Shown: positions 15,910 through 27,450 of the stretch, piece by piece
Layout of the letters: each line of letters starts with the position of its first letter
Position numbering within the stretch: position 1 is the stretch's first letter
Source of the DNA: Octopus vulgaris
Taxonomy: Eukaryota
Length of the DNA: 64,000 bases
Direction: 5' to 3'
Assembly: GCA_951406725.2 (NCBI GenBank)
Contig: OX597821.1
Span: 1,736,001-1,800,000, forward strand
Program-made: the position numbers and the translations under genes
Notes under the pieces: model-generated
The model's database searches: none
What the model saw: the letters and a program-made list of their open reading frames with translations, nothing else
What the model was told of the DNA's origin: nothing

Positions 15910-16760
15910 TTGGAAAAATACCAGAACTGGCTTTACTGTAGCGCCGACTCAGGGCACGAGTGTCAAGACTAGAAAGATATCAGATGCTGAATTTGCTATC
16001 GACATATCTCTGGTGACAAACAGAGTGAGAGAGAGGCAGACGAGTTGATGCAGGAAATGGAGACTGGGTCGATGAATGTGGGGCTGAAAAGGAACGAATT
16101 TTAAACGAAGTATCTAGCAGAGAACATCAAGAAGCCAGCAAAGATTATGAATGTAAGCGAGAAGCCACTAGAGTTGCTTGAGGATTTCCTGTATCTGGGA
16201 GCAAAGATTGGAAACATAGAGGGTGATAGAGTTGAGAGGAAGGGCAAAGCTTGGGCGGCATGCTACAGTTTGATATCTGTATAGAAGTCGGACATTTGTA
16301 AATACCTGAAGATCCGTCTCTTCGTTGCTGCAGTGCAGTCTGTGTTGTTGTACGGGTCTGAGATTTGAGCACTGACCAAGAAACTTACTCTGTTGATGAA
16401 TGGGTGCTACACGAGAATGCTGAGGACTGGTCTGGACATTAATCAGTATACACTGAGAATGAAGAACTGAGAGCTGTACGAGATCCTCCTAACAGCTTGA
16501 CAATAACACAGAGGAGATTATGCTTAACGGGACATGCTCACCGTCGTTCAGAATTGATACTGCACTGAATGTTCCTGTGGGAGCCCCTACACGGAAACAC
16601 TAGAAGAGGGAGACCGAGGATAACATATGTTAATGCCCGAAGGACATACACTGGTCTCTGGGCGAAACAGGACATGGCAACGAAGGTTAGGGACAAATAC
16701 CGCTGGGGAGAACTCGTCCATGGATCTCGGCAATTTTACCAGCTCTAGATAGTGATTTAC
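15910..16760 (+). mobile_element. Decayed RTE-group LINE, 3' part of RT
   Basis: Broken frames DAEFAIDI, EDFLYLGS, IRLFVAAVQSVLLYGSE, GCYTRMLR, LWEP; nested in a minus-strand family A SINE (15735-15800, 16850-17000). Confidence 0.7.
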
Positions 16761-17095
16761 ACTACGAGTGATTTACAGACATGCATACACACACACACGC
16801 ACACATACAAACATCCATACATACATACATGTATACATACATATACATATATGGGTTTTTTCTGTTCCCGTTTACCAAATCCTCTCAAGGATGAGACCGG
16901 CCCGGTGTTATATTAGAAGACACAAGGCTAAGGTGCCACGCTGTGGAATTGAACACAGAAGCATGTGGTTGGGAAAGAAGTTTGAAACCAGACAATCACA
17001 GCTTATATACGACATACTTAATTTAAAATGTTTACTTTTTGTCAGGCGAATCATAAGCGGTCTAATCAGTATCTGGACTGTTGCCATATAGTAAC

Positions 17096-17097
<2 letters not shown>

Positions 17098-17181
<84 letters not shown>
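17098..17181. repeat. (AGT)n microsatellite
   Basis: Direct reading. Confidence 0.95.
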
Positions 17182-17896
17182 TGCGTGAACTCTGCTGTGC
17201 ATGCGTACTAAGTTTTAACGTTGTATCTCACTTCCGGTGTTTACAGCCGTGTCTAGATGGAACGTGTGTAGCGTGTGATCACCGCATTGACCATAACAGT
17301 GAAAACCGTCATGGCGATACCTGCTCAGAGGCCAACGAAAAGTTGTAGAAAGTTCATGGAGAGGAGTGTATAAGATGCACACAAGTGTACGAGTGATTAG
17401 GTGTTTCCAAGATTGCTGAAAAATGTCGATATTAAGGAACGTTCTGGGAGATTTGCAACCAGCAGAACTGAGAAAAACATCGCAGATGTGCGTGCATCTG
17501 TGGGGGGAAATCGTCGAATCACTATCCGTGAGTTTTCAGAAGATTTGCAGCTTAGTTACGGTTTAGTTCAGTCCATTATCACTGAAGATTCGGGCGTGAG
17601 TCGCTTCTCTGTAAATTCTGTGTCAAAACTGCTTGAAGTTGCACAAGATCTTGATTGTGTCGAGAACGATGAAAACTTTTTGTAGGCCTTTGAGCTGGTA
17701 TTGACAAGCTTTTAGCAAACTTTGATGCGGATTCTCTGCTCAATTACTCTGTTAAGGTCAATGCGACGACCGCACGTTCCTTCCAAACACTGTTGTAAAC
17801 GGCGGAAGTGAGATAGAACGTTAAAACTTCACTCCGCGGGCTTTAGCTTTGTTACTCTATAGCAACAGTCCGGATACTTATTGATCATGCCACGTA
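17182..17896 (+). mobile_element. Mariner-derived relic (N-terminal HTH region)
   Basis: ERSGRFATSRTEKNIADVRASVGGNRRITIREFSEDLQLSYGLVQSII; TIR-like end ccggatacttattgatcatgccacg+TA. Confidence 0.75.
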
Positions 17897-18118
17897 TAAG
17901 TATCATAAACTTTATAGCTTTCGATTTGGTTCTTTGGCTTTACAAATATAGACAGAGGCAAAAATATATTTTAAAGAGATATGAAAGGTTCGATTTAGCA
18001 GACGACTATTGAATGCATTACAGTGCATTCTACCAGTCACTGAAATTTAAAGATAATTGATCTAGAAGAAAAAGTATATATATATATATATATATATATT
18101 TGTGTATATATATATATT

Positions 18119-19251
<1,133 letters not shown>

Positions 19252-19399
19252 AATAATAATTATTATTTTTAAATAATAATTAAACGAGCTTACGTTAGAA
19301 AGTTCCACCCTCCCACCTAACAAACGTTGCTACGTTCATGACCCACCTTTTCGCCTTCTTGTAATCATTGCCATCATCACCATTATGAATTTTATTATG

Positions 19400-19822
19400 A
19401 TGTGGTTTTATTCTTTCAATTTAGCTTCTATTTGTTGCCAAGTTTCTTTCCGACACCTACGGCAATGGCACTAAAGATATAAATTGGTAGGCCATTAAAA
19501 TCAACACATCATTTTCTTCATTTACAAAATCAAATAAAGTTATGTAGAAATAAAAAGAATATATTTACACGAAAGGAAATCGTTCTCACAGCAACAATGC
19601 CCTTCTCAATACGCGTGACACACCAGTTAAAACAATCTTTTGCACTTCTTGGAGGGCTGGTAGTTCAGGAATCATTCTCAAATGTTTCTTTTTATTTACT
19701 TTTTCCTCATTTCTCGTGCTCCTACAATCAGTGATATTGTAACAGTCTCGCGATGCCAAGTTATTTCGATTTCAGTGAGCAAATCGTTATATTTTCTGAC
19801 CTTGTCAAATATTTTGTCGAAA
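19400..19822 (-). mobile_element. Dong/R4-type 3' fragment
   Basis: rc FDKVRKYNDLLTEIEITW..ISLIVGAR..LQEVQKIVLTGVSRVLRRAL, homologous to the 13600-13830 RLE end. Confidence 0.7.
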
Positions 19823-19839
19823 TATCATCATCATTATTA

Positions 19840-19871
<32 letters not shown>

Positions 19872-19889
19872 GTCATCATCATCATTATT

Positions 19890-20353
19890 ATTGAGTGAGA
19901 GCACTGTGTGTGCCATCAAAGTGGCACTAGGGTAAAATATACGAAGCCCAGTGTACCCATCATGACTACCCGTCTGATAAGGGTACACTAGGCATATGCA
20001 TCACAACCATATTTGTGCGACATGGTGATCTCATATCAAGATAAACAGTACATGACCTTGCAGTTGGGCCCAAGTTACAATTTTCTTCTGGTCGAGTGAC
20101 CCATTTCGCTGTGTAAAGGTTGTTTAAGGATGTTGAACAAAAAACCCATCTTTCCAGAAGTGAATTATTCAAACCCCAAAGAATCCCTCTCAACACATGG
20201 TTATGATGCTCCCCTACTACTTCTGTTCGTGATCAGAGATGCACATATCGTCAGCCAATAAGGGACATGCTCAAATGGTTATGGTCAAAGAACTGATAAG
20301 CAAATCTGTGGTATTGAGCAGAATATTTGCTGTAGCCCATATTTTATACCAAG

Positions 20354-20355
<2 letters not shown>
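19890..20355 (+). mobile_element. Non-coding (AAT)n-embedded repeat family C
   Basis: Homologous to 21894-22135 and 37964-38500 (opposite orientation); always flanked by (ATT)n. Confidence 0.8.
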
Positions 20356-20399
<44 letters not shown>

Positions 20400-20812
20400 G
20401 TGGGTAGCGATTTTCTTCACTACTTCAAGGAGTGACGACCCTGCCTGACACGAGTCTCGGGCTCAGCTGGCATCGGCTGACAGTACCCGGTATGGGTCCC
20501 TATCTAGGCTTACGGAAAGGAAACAACCTTTAAAGAAATCCGTAAGGGAGCCCCGTAGGTGGTTTAGTGTTCGACTGGACACTCTACCGGCAGCTCCTGC
20601 AACCAAGCTGGTGCCAAACGTAATGCTCTGCACTCCTTTGGACTACATCAGCAAGGTCGAGAGTGGAATACTGACGATTGGGCAACCCAGGATTTTCTTA
20701 CATCTAGCCCAGGCCTGCGCAAAACTGGGGAGGACATGAAATGTAAAAATCAGACTGGATAAGTTTATGCACAACTCCATTGTCTCCCAAGACAAAAGGA
20801 TGCCGACAACAA
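20400..20812 (+). mobile_element. Non-autonomous RTE derivative (GC-rich 5' part + RTE 3' tail)
   Basis: 3' end gcacaactccattgtctccc..ggatgccgacaac matches the RTE 3' end at 47682-47720; (CAA)n tail. Confidence 0.65.
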
Positions 20813-20832
20813 TAACAACAACAACAAATAAA

Positions 20833-20863
<31 letters not shown>

Positions 20864-21014
20864 GCTGTTGTAGTTGTTATTATTATTATTGTTGTTGTTG
20901 TTGTTGTTATTATTATTGAGTTCAAATTCCGACTTTGCATTCCATCCTTTCGAGAAAAATGATAAAAGGAAACAAGGAAAATATAAGAGAAAAGGAAAGA
21001 AAATTCACAGTGAC

Positions 21015-21670
21015 AACATTTTACTCAATGCGCATGACGTACCATTTAAGACAATCTTTTGCATTTTCTGCATGTATGGTAAACCAGTGATCATCCTCCA
21101 ATAATTTTCAATTCCTTTTTTGATTATTCCAAGTGATCCTAAAATCACTGATATTGTAACCGACTTGACATGCCACATTTTTCGACTTTGATCAGCAAAT
21201 CTTTATATTTTCTGAGCTTATCAAATTCTTTTCTCAAGATATTATTTTCTGTTAAGTTCACTTGTAAGAGGTATTAGAGCTATGCCAAAAATTAGAGTTG
21301 AAAGTGAATCACCTAGGAAAATGCTGCAGTTGATATTAATATTGTTTGTAGTCAGTGCTCCCTTAGTGTGGTATAATTGGAGATTCGTATTCCACACTCT
21401 CATGTTGTGCTGCAGGAAGTTTTGAATTACAGGAGAAAATTTTGAAGCTATCCAGCGATTTCAAGATCCATGAATGCGGTATGCTGTCAAAGGCCTTTTT
21501 ATAATCAATCCAGTGAGATTTCTATGTTTGTTATGACAGTTCTCAAGGATCATGCAATCGATCAGGAGTTAATCCTTTCATCCATATGAGCACCGTTGGC
21601 GCCCCTTTTGTTCAATGGGGAAAATACTATTCTGCTTCATAAATGCGTATGGGTTCTCCACGAGGATGTA
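21015..21670 (-). mobile_element. Internally deleted Dong/R4-type LINE fragment
   Basis: rc WIDYKKAFDSIPHSWI, IFLGDSLSTLIFGIALIPL, KEFDKLRKYKDLL. Confidence 0.75.
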
Positions 21671-21798
21671 TGTTAATATTTTTTACTTAGAAGATTGACA
21701 GGTTCTGGGTCAATAGATTTTTGGAAATTTGGTTTCATTGTTCTCTGGAAGTAGATAAAACCACTTGCTAACCAATCGGGTGGTTCCTTAGGATCTCG

Positions 21799-21893
<95 letters not shown>

Positions 21894-21896
<3 letters not shown>

Positions 21897-22135
21897 GCAC
21901 TGATGCAGTACCAGACAGTGGCTCTCATGGCTTCTGATCTTAACTGATTGGAAGTGTTATTATGTACATTGTTTTGTCTTGGTATAAAAGATGGGCTACA
22001 GCAAATATTTTGCTCAATACCACTGATTTGCTTGCCAGTTGTTTGACCTAAACCAGTTGAGCATGTCCCTTAGTGGCTGACGACATGTGCATCTCTGATC
22101 ACGAGCAGAAGTAGTGGGGGAGCATCCTAGCCATA
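21894..22135 (-). mobile_element. Repeat family C fragment
   Basis: Homology to 20200-20355 (rc). Confidence 0.75.
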
Positions 22136-22232
22136 ATAATGGCTTCAAATTTACGCACAAGGCCAGCAAGTTAAGGGGAGGGTGAAGTCGATTACATCGA
22201 CTCCAGTGTTCAGCTGGAATCACCGACTTAGC

Positions 22233-22270
<38 letters not shown>

Positions 22271-22787
22271 CAACAACAACATAATAAGAATGAGAAATTG
22301 CTTTCACGCTGCATGCGATTAGAGTAATTATTTTTCTCTTCGCATCGCTTTCTGCATCCTACTTGAAACAGATGTTTATTAATAAATATTTTTATGGCCT
22401 TTAGAATTGCAGTTATATGAATATTGTAGGGGGAAAGAAGGATTGTCATCGTTGTCATTTCTAGGGTTGCTACTGCTGCTGCTGCTGCTGTTTCCCTTGA
22501 TAATGATGATGATGTTTTCGCTGTTGTTGAAGAGGTATATGAAAATATTATGAAGGATTCGAATTAAACATCTGAACAATCCCTACTGCCAAATGATAGA
22601 AATATCCAAGAGAATGAATACCGTCACCGGATTCGTTTACTCAATTTAATTCAGGTTTTTGTTTTATATTTTATGTTGTTTGCTTTATATTCTTTAAAAC
22701 ATTTTTTTCGTTTATTCTTTTAGTTATTTCAGTCATTAGATTTAGGCGATGTGGGAACATTACCTTAAAATCTTTAGTCGATAATAG

Positions 22788-22890
22788 TACTCTTTTACTT
22801 GCTTCAGTCATTTGACTGCAGCCATGCTGGAGCACCGCCTTTAGTCAAGCAAGTCGATCTCAGGACTTATTCTTTGTAAGCCTAGTACTT
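22788..22890 (-). mobile_element. SINE family A 3' part (broken by inversion)
   Basis: Ends at cctagtactt; complementary 5' part at 26640-26927. Confidence 0.85.
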
Positions 22891-23092
22891 TCTGTAGCCT
22901 CCAATACCTTCTAACTCCTTCGTCTGTCGTTACGTTCTGAGTTCAAATTCCGCTAGAGTCGACTTTGCCTTTCATCCTTTCGGGATCGATAAGTTAAGTA
23001 GCAGTTGCGTACTGGAGTTGATCTAATCAACTGAACCCCTCCCTCTAAAATTTCGGGCCTTGTGCCTAGAGTAGAAAAGAATATCTTCTTAC
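22887..23092 (+). repeat. 206-bp segment (incl. 5'-truncated SINE B) duplicated in inverted orientation at 26927-27132
   Basis: Shared unique junction actttctgtagcctccaataccttctaactcc; about 3 mismatches. Confidence 0.9.
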
Positions 23093-23221
23093 TCTTATCT
23101 CCATAGTTAAACTTAAATTCCATCATTTCGCTGTGATGAAAATATTATTATTATTATATATATATATATATATATATATATTGGTAGAAATGGTGAAACA
23201 AAAAAGAATGAAAGAGACCTC

Positions 23222-23262
<41 letters not shown>

Positions 23263-23292
23263 TGTATGTATGTATGTATGAATATATGTATG

Positions 23293-23323
<31 letters not shown>

Positions 23324-23325
23324 GT

Positions 23326-23359
<34 letters not shown>

Positions 23360-23370
23360 ATATACATATA

Positions 23371-23412
<42 letters not shown>

Positions 23413-23620
23413 GTGAAATAGAAAGATGAATAATCTTGTAGTAGATTAATCAAAAGTTTAACCGATACCTTGGTAGCAAAAATCACAGCAGTAAACAGCA
23501 CGGTTGGAGGTACAACCATATGGTGTTGCAACCGTGCGTTGGTGCGGATAATTGAAATTAAAATATTATTGGTGAATTGAAGAAATGGAGCTGAACGCAG
23601 ATTGAACAGAAATCGTTTTA

Positions 23621-23709
23621 TTTCATTCTACACGTGTTTCGAAAGGCACAATTTACCAAAATCCGATTGAATAATGGGACCATATTGTGTCTTTCTCTTC
23701 AGGAAGAAA
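23621..23709 (-). ncRNA. Hammerhead ribozyme in sense 3' pLTR
   Basis: Reverse complement of 24562-24650. Confidence 0.87.
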
Positions 23710-24561
23710 TAGGAAATCCGTTGGAAAAAACAAAAACAGAACAGAGGCGGAGCAAAACAAATCGAACTAGGCTCCTAAGAGCCCATGGCGAAACTGTTTA
23801 TCAGTGTATGTTGAGAACCGGTGGCTGAAGAATTTAACGGGTCAGGCATCGGTCAATCATGTGGGTGAGGGTGTGTAGATGTTCTTTGTGACTGAGAATT
23901 AAGTTCTGACTATTTAAGGAATATTGGATGTTTTATAAGGGGCGAGAAAAAATCTACTTAGAGACGTGTGTGTGTATACTGTTCTATATATGTGTGTGCT
24001 GGCGTAGGGGTAGAAAACATTTTTTGTGTACGTGTGTGCGTTTGATCGTTCGGCTGTCAGTGGCTACTGCAGTGAGAACCGTTGGGTGGCAGAAAAAAAA
24101 AATATATATTATGTTTTATGTGTGTGTGTGTTCATCTAAGCCTGCCTTGTCAAGGAAACCCCCCGTTGTGAAAAAACCAAGCCCCGTTTATCTTACAGGA
24201 GTAATTCCCCTTGCAGTGGTTAATCGTAGATATCTTAAAGGCTATTTCAGAATTTGTTACCAAGGGCTATGGGTGCCGGTATTATTTATAAACGCTATTT
24301 AAAAGCCAGATAAGTGTAACGCCGACTGTAAAAGTACGTTTACCATCCGGCTTCTGGCAAACAAAATATGGAAGAGTTCGGAGACACAAAGGTTGCACTG
24401 CCTTCTGCCCCTATCAAATGGGAGGGCCACCGACAAAATTCTTCAGCCACCGGTTCTCAACATACACTGATAAACAGTTTCGCCATGGGCTCTTAGGAGC
24501 CTAGTTCGATTTGTTTTGCTCCGCCTCTGTTCTGTTTTTGTTTTTTCCAACGGATTTCCTA

Positions 24562-24650
24562 TTTCTTCCTGAAGAGAAAGACACAATATGGTCCCATTAT
24601 TCAATCGGATTTTGGTAAATTGTGCCTTTCGAAACACGTGTAGAATGAAA
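24562..24650 (+). ncRNA. Type-I hammerhead ribozyme
   Basis: tttcttc CTGAAGA gaaagacacaat..attgtgcctttc GAAAC ACGT GTA gaatgaaa; ~12-bp stem II, palindrome ACACGTGT. Confidence 0.87.
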
Positions 24651-24698
24651 TAAAACGATTTCTGTTCAATCTGCGTTCAGCTCCATTTCTTCAATCCA

Positions 24699-24742
<44 letters not shown>

Positions 24743-24752
24743 CATATATATA

Positions 24753-24838
<86 letters not shown>

Positions 24839-25663
24839 AATCCATTTTGGAAGCGTCGAATGTGCATTGTATCATACTGACAAGAAAGTAATATTTCGAA
24901 CTAATTCTATATATATTTCATAAACTAACAGCGATTCAGTTTTCTGCCTACATCTCTCTCCTAGTCATTTCCCCCACTTTTTTTCATCTTCTTCAAAATT
25001 ATAGTTATCATAAACATCATCATTATCATCAACAGCAACACCATCAACAAGAATATAATCTACATCTTCATCTTTTCTCTTTTCTTTTTGTCTTCTGCTT
25101 CTTTTCCCAACTTCCAACAAACGCGGTGACCGACCGGCACGACGTACATCTCATTAATTATAAGATTTTTCAAGTTTTCTTCCATCTTTGTCTTTCAAAG
25201 CTTCTAATTCTTACCTGATATTTCCCATGTAGCTTTAATAATGTCCTTTGATCATAGATCTGCTTGAAAACACCCTCCTTGTATCTAAGCAACATGAATA
25301 GCAACGACAACAACGACAACGCCAGCAACAATTGACTCTATCTATGATTCAGAACCTAGCTTCGCAATCACGGTGCTGAAAAGTTTTTGCCTTTCAATAA
25401 AAGAAGATTCTGGGCGATCGGTTACGTATGATTTTATTCAACATATTCCCCTCTCAGATTCACACACATATTGCAGCGGTCCTTTTGTTTACTTAGTTTA
25501 CCGAGATGACATCTACAACATACTCTTAATTGGCATAAACAGAATAGTAAGTAACGGCTGCATCATACTTGCCTTCGCTTTCCTTTCTACTAACCAATTT
25601 AAAGGATCCCAACAATTTATCTACAGAGTAATTTATCTAAATCTTTAACTGAATATATATATA

Positions 25664-25879
25664 TGAGGGAGTGCTGAAAAGGTCCTCGCTTTGGGTACAA
25701 GACAATAGATAGCTATCAGCTAATTATGATTTTATTCAACATATTCCCCGCTCAGATTCATACACTTATTGCTGGGTTCCTTCAGTTTTTTAAGCGCTGT
25801 AAAGGAACTTGGAAGCTTGGGCCTCGAATGAGGCCTTTCGCGATACCCTTAAAACCAAGGAGTTTTCAGCACCCCCTCG
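25664..25879. mobile_element. Tc1/mariner-type MITE
   Basis: TIRs tgagggagtgctgaaaa / ttttcagcaccccctcg, TA flanks; related copies at 25371-25480, 44946-45099, 45380-45575. Confidence 0.8.
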
Positions 25880-26334
25880 TACTGGTGGTTTCGTGTTTTT
25901 TTTTGTTTCCAATGCACGGCACATTGGAGAAGACTTCAATCATGAACCAAACAAATGTGACGTCAGATGTATATGTGCACTTACGATTGTATGTGTGCGT
26001 GTATGTGTTTGTGTGTGTATGCTTGTGTGCATGCTCGCGCACGCGCGCGCGTGTGTGTGTGTGTGTGTGCGTGTATGCGTGTGTGTGTCTGTGTGTGTCT
26101 GTTTGTGGTTGTATATGTATGGATTCTTCCCTTTGTGTTTGTCTCTCGTGACTGCTTAACAGCTAGTTTCTAGTCAGCAAAAGAGAACATTTCAAATTCC
26201 AGACTTAGGAGTGATTACGAGGGCGATTTTTGGACACTAATTCTTCAGAATGGCGCCACAACATTACCGCCGTCTAATAACTGAAGCACGCCTTCGTTTT
26301 GGTTAATGGAAATGTCATTGATAAAATTTAAATA

Positions 26335-26635
26335 TAGGGGTAAGCATCGTGACGTTGTTACGAAGTTGGCTTCTCAACCCCATGGATTCGGGTTCATTCC
26401 CATACCACACCACACCACTTTGGGTTAGTGTAACCTACTACACGACCGACCGAGGCCTTGTGGGGAATTTTGACGAAAACAGTGTGGAAGCCAGTCACTG
26501 AGTCTATTTGCGTCTGTGTATATGTGGGTGTTTTTATATTTATAATTCCCATTGCTTCACGACTGGTGTTGGATTGTTTAATGCCAGTAATATAGCGCTT
26601 CGGTCAATAGAGTAAGTGCGAAACTTTAAATATGA
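26335..26635 (+). mobile_element. Old diverged SINE family A, 5' part
   Basis: ccatggattcgggttcattccc..ccgaccgaggccttgtggggaatttt; its 3' end lies at 22715-22783 on the minus strand. Confidence 0.6.
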
Positions 26636-26639
26636 ATTA

Positions 26640-26804
26640 TAGGCGCAGGAGTGGCTGTGTGGTAAGTAGCTTGCTTACGAACCACATGGTTCCGGATTCA
26701 TTCCCACTGCATAGCATCTTGGGCAAGTCTCTTCTATTATAGCCTCGAGCCGACCAAAGCCTTGTGAGTGGATTTGATAAACTGAAACCCGTCGTATATA
26801 TATC

Positions 26805-26839
<35 letters not shown>

Positions 26840-26927
26840 ATATGTTTGTGTGTCTGTGTTTGTCCCCCCCCCCCCCAACATCGCTTGACAACCGATGCTG
26901 GTGTGTTTACGTCCCCGTAACTTAGCG
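26640..26927 (+). mobile_element. SINE family A 5' part (broken by inversion)
   Basis: taggcgcaggag.. stops abruptly at ccccgtaacttagcg. Confidence 0.88.
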
Positions 26928-27215
26928 TAAGAAGATATTCTTTTCTACTCTAGGCACAAGGCCCGAAATTTTAGAGGGAGGGGTTCAGTCGATTTGATCA
27001 ACTCCAGTACGCAACTGCTACTTAACTTATCGATCCCGAAAGGATGAAAGGCAAAGTCGACTCGAGCGGAATTTGAACTCAGAACGTAACGACAGACGAA
27101 GGAGTTAGAAGGTATTGGAGGCTACAGAAAGTGAACTCAAGATTTTGATTGGATGTCCAACACAAAAAGCATGATATCAGCAATATTCTGGTATGATATA
27201 TATTAATATTAGAAA

Positions 27216-27450
27216 AGGCGGCGAGCTGGCAGAAACGTTAGCACGCCGGGCGAAATGCTTAGCAGTATTTCGTCTGCCGATACGTTCTGAGTTCAAATTC
27301 CGCCGAGGTCGACTTTGCCTTTCATCCTTTCGGGGTCGATTAAATAAGTACCAGTTACGCACTGGGGTCGATATAATCGACTTAATCTGTTTTTCTGTCC
27401 TTGTTTGTCCTCTCTGTGCTTAGTCCTTTGTGAGTAGTAAAGAAATAAAT
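27216..27450 (+). mobile_element. SINE family B, full length
   Basis: ggcggcgagctggcagaaacgttagc..gagttcaaattcc..agtaaagaaat. Confidence 0.88.

Larger units (their letters stand above)
23500..24700 (-). mobile_element. 5'-truncated PLE with inverted 5' pLTR
   Basis: 260-bp apparently perfect inverted repeats 23576-23835 / 24436-24695; spacer rc encodes ILSVALPFDRGRRQCNLCVSELFHILF (PLE endonuclease C-terminus); (TA)n flanks. Confidence 0.85.

Noticed and set aside
23634-24637. Two identical 64-aa ORFs on opposite strands
   Set aside because: By-product of the inverted pLTRs, antisense to the ribozyme
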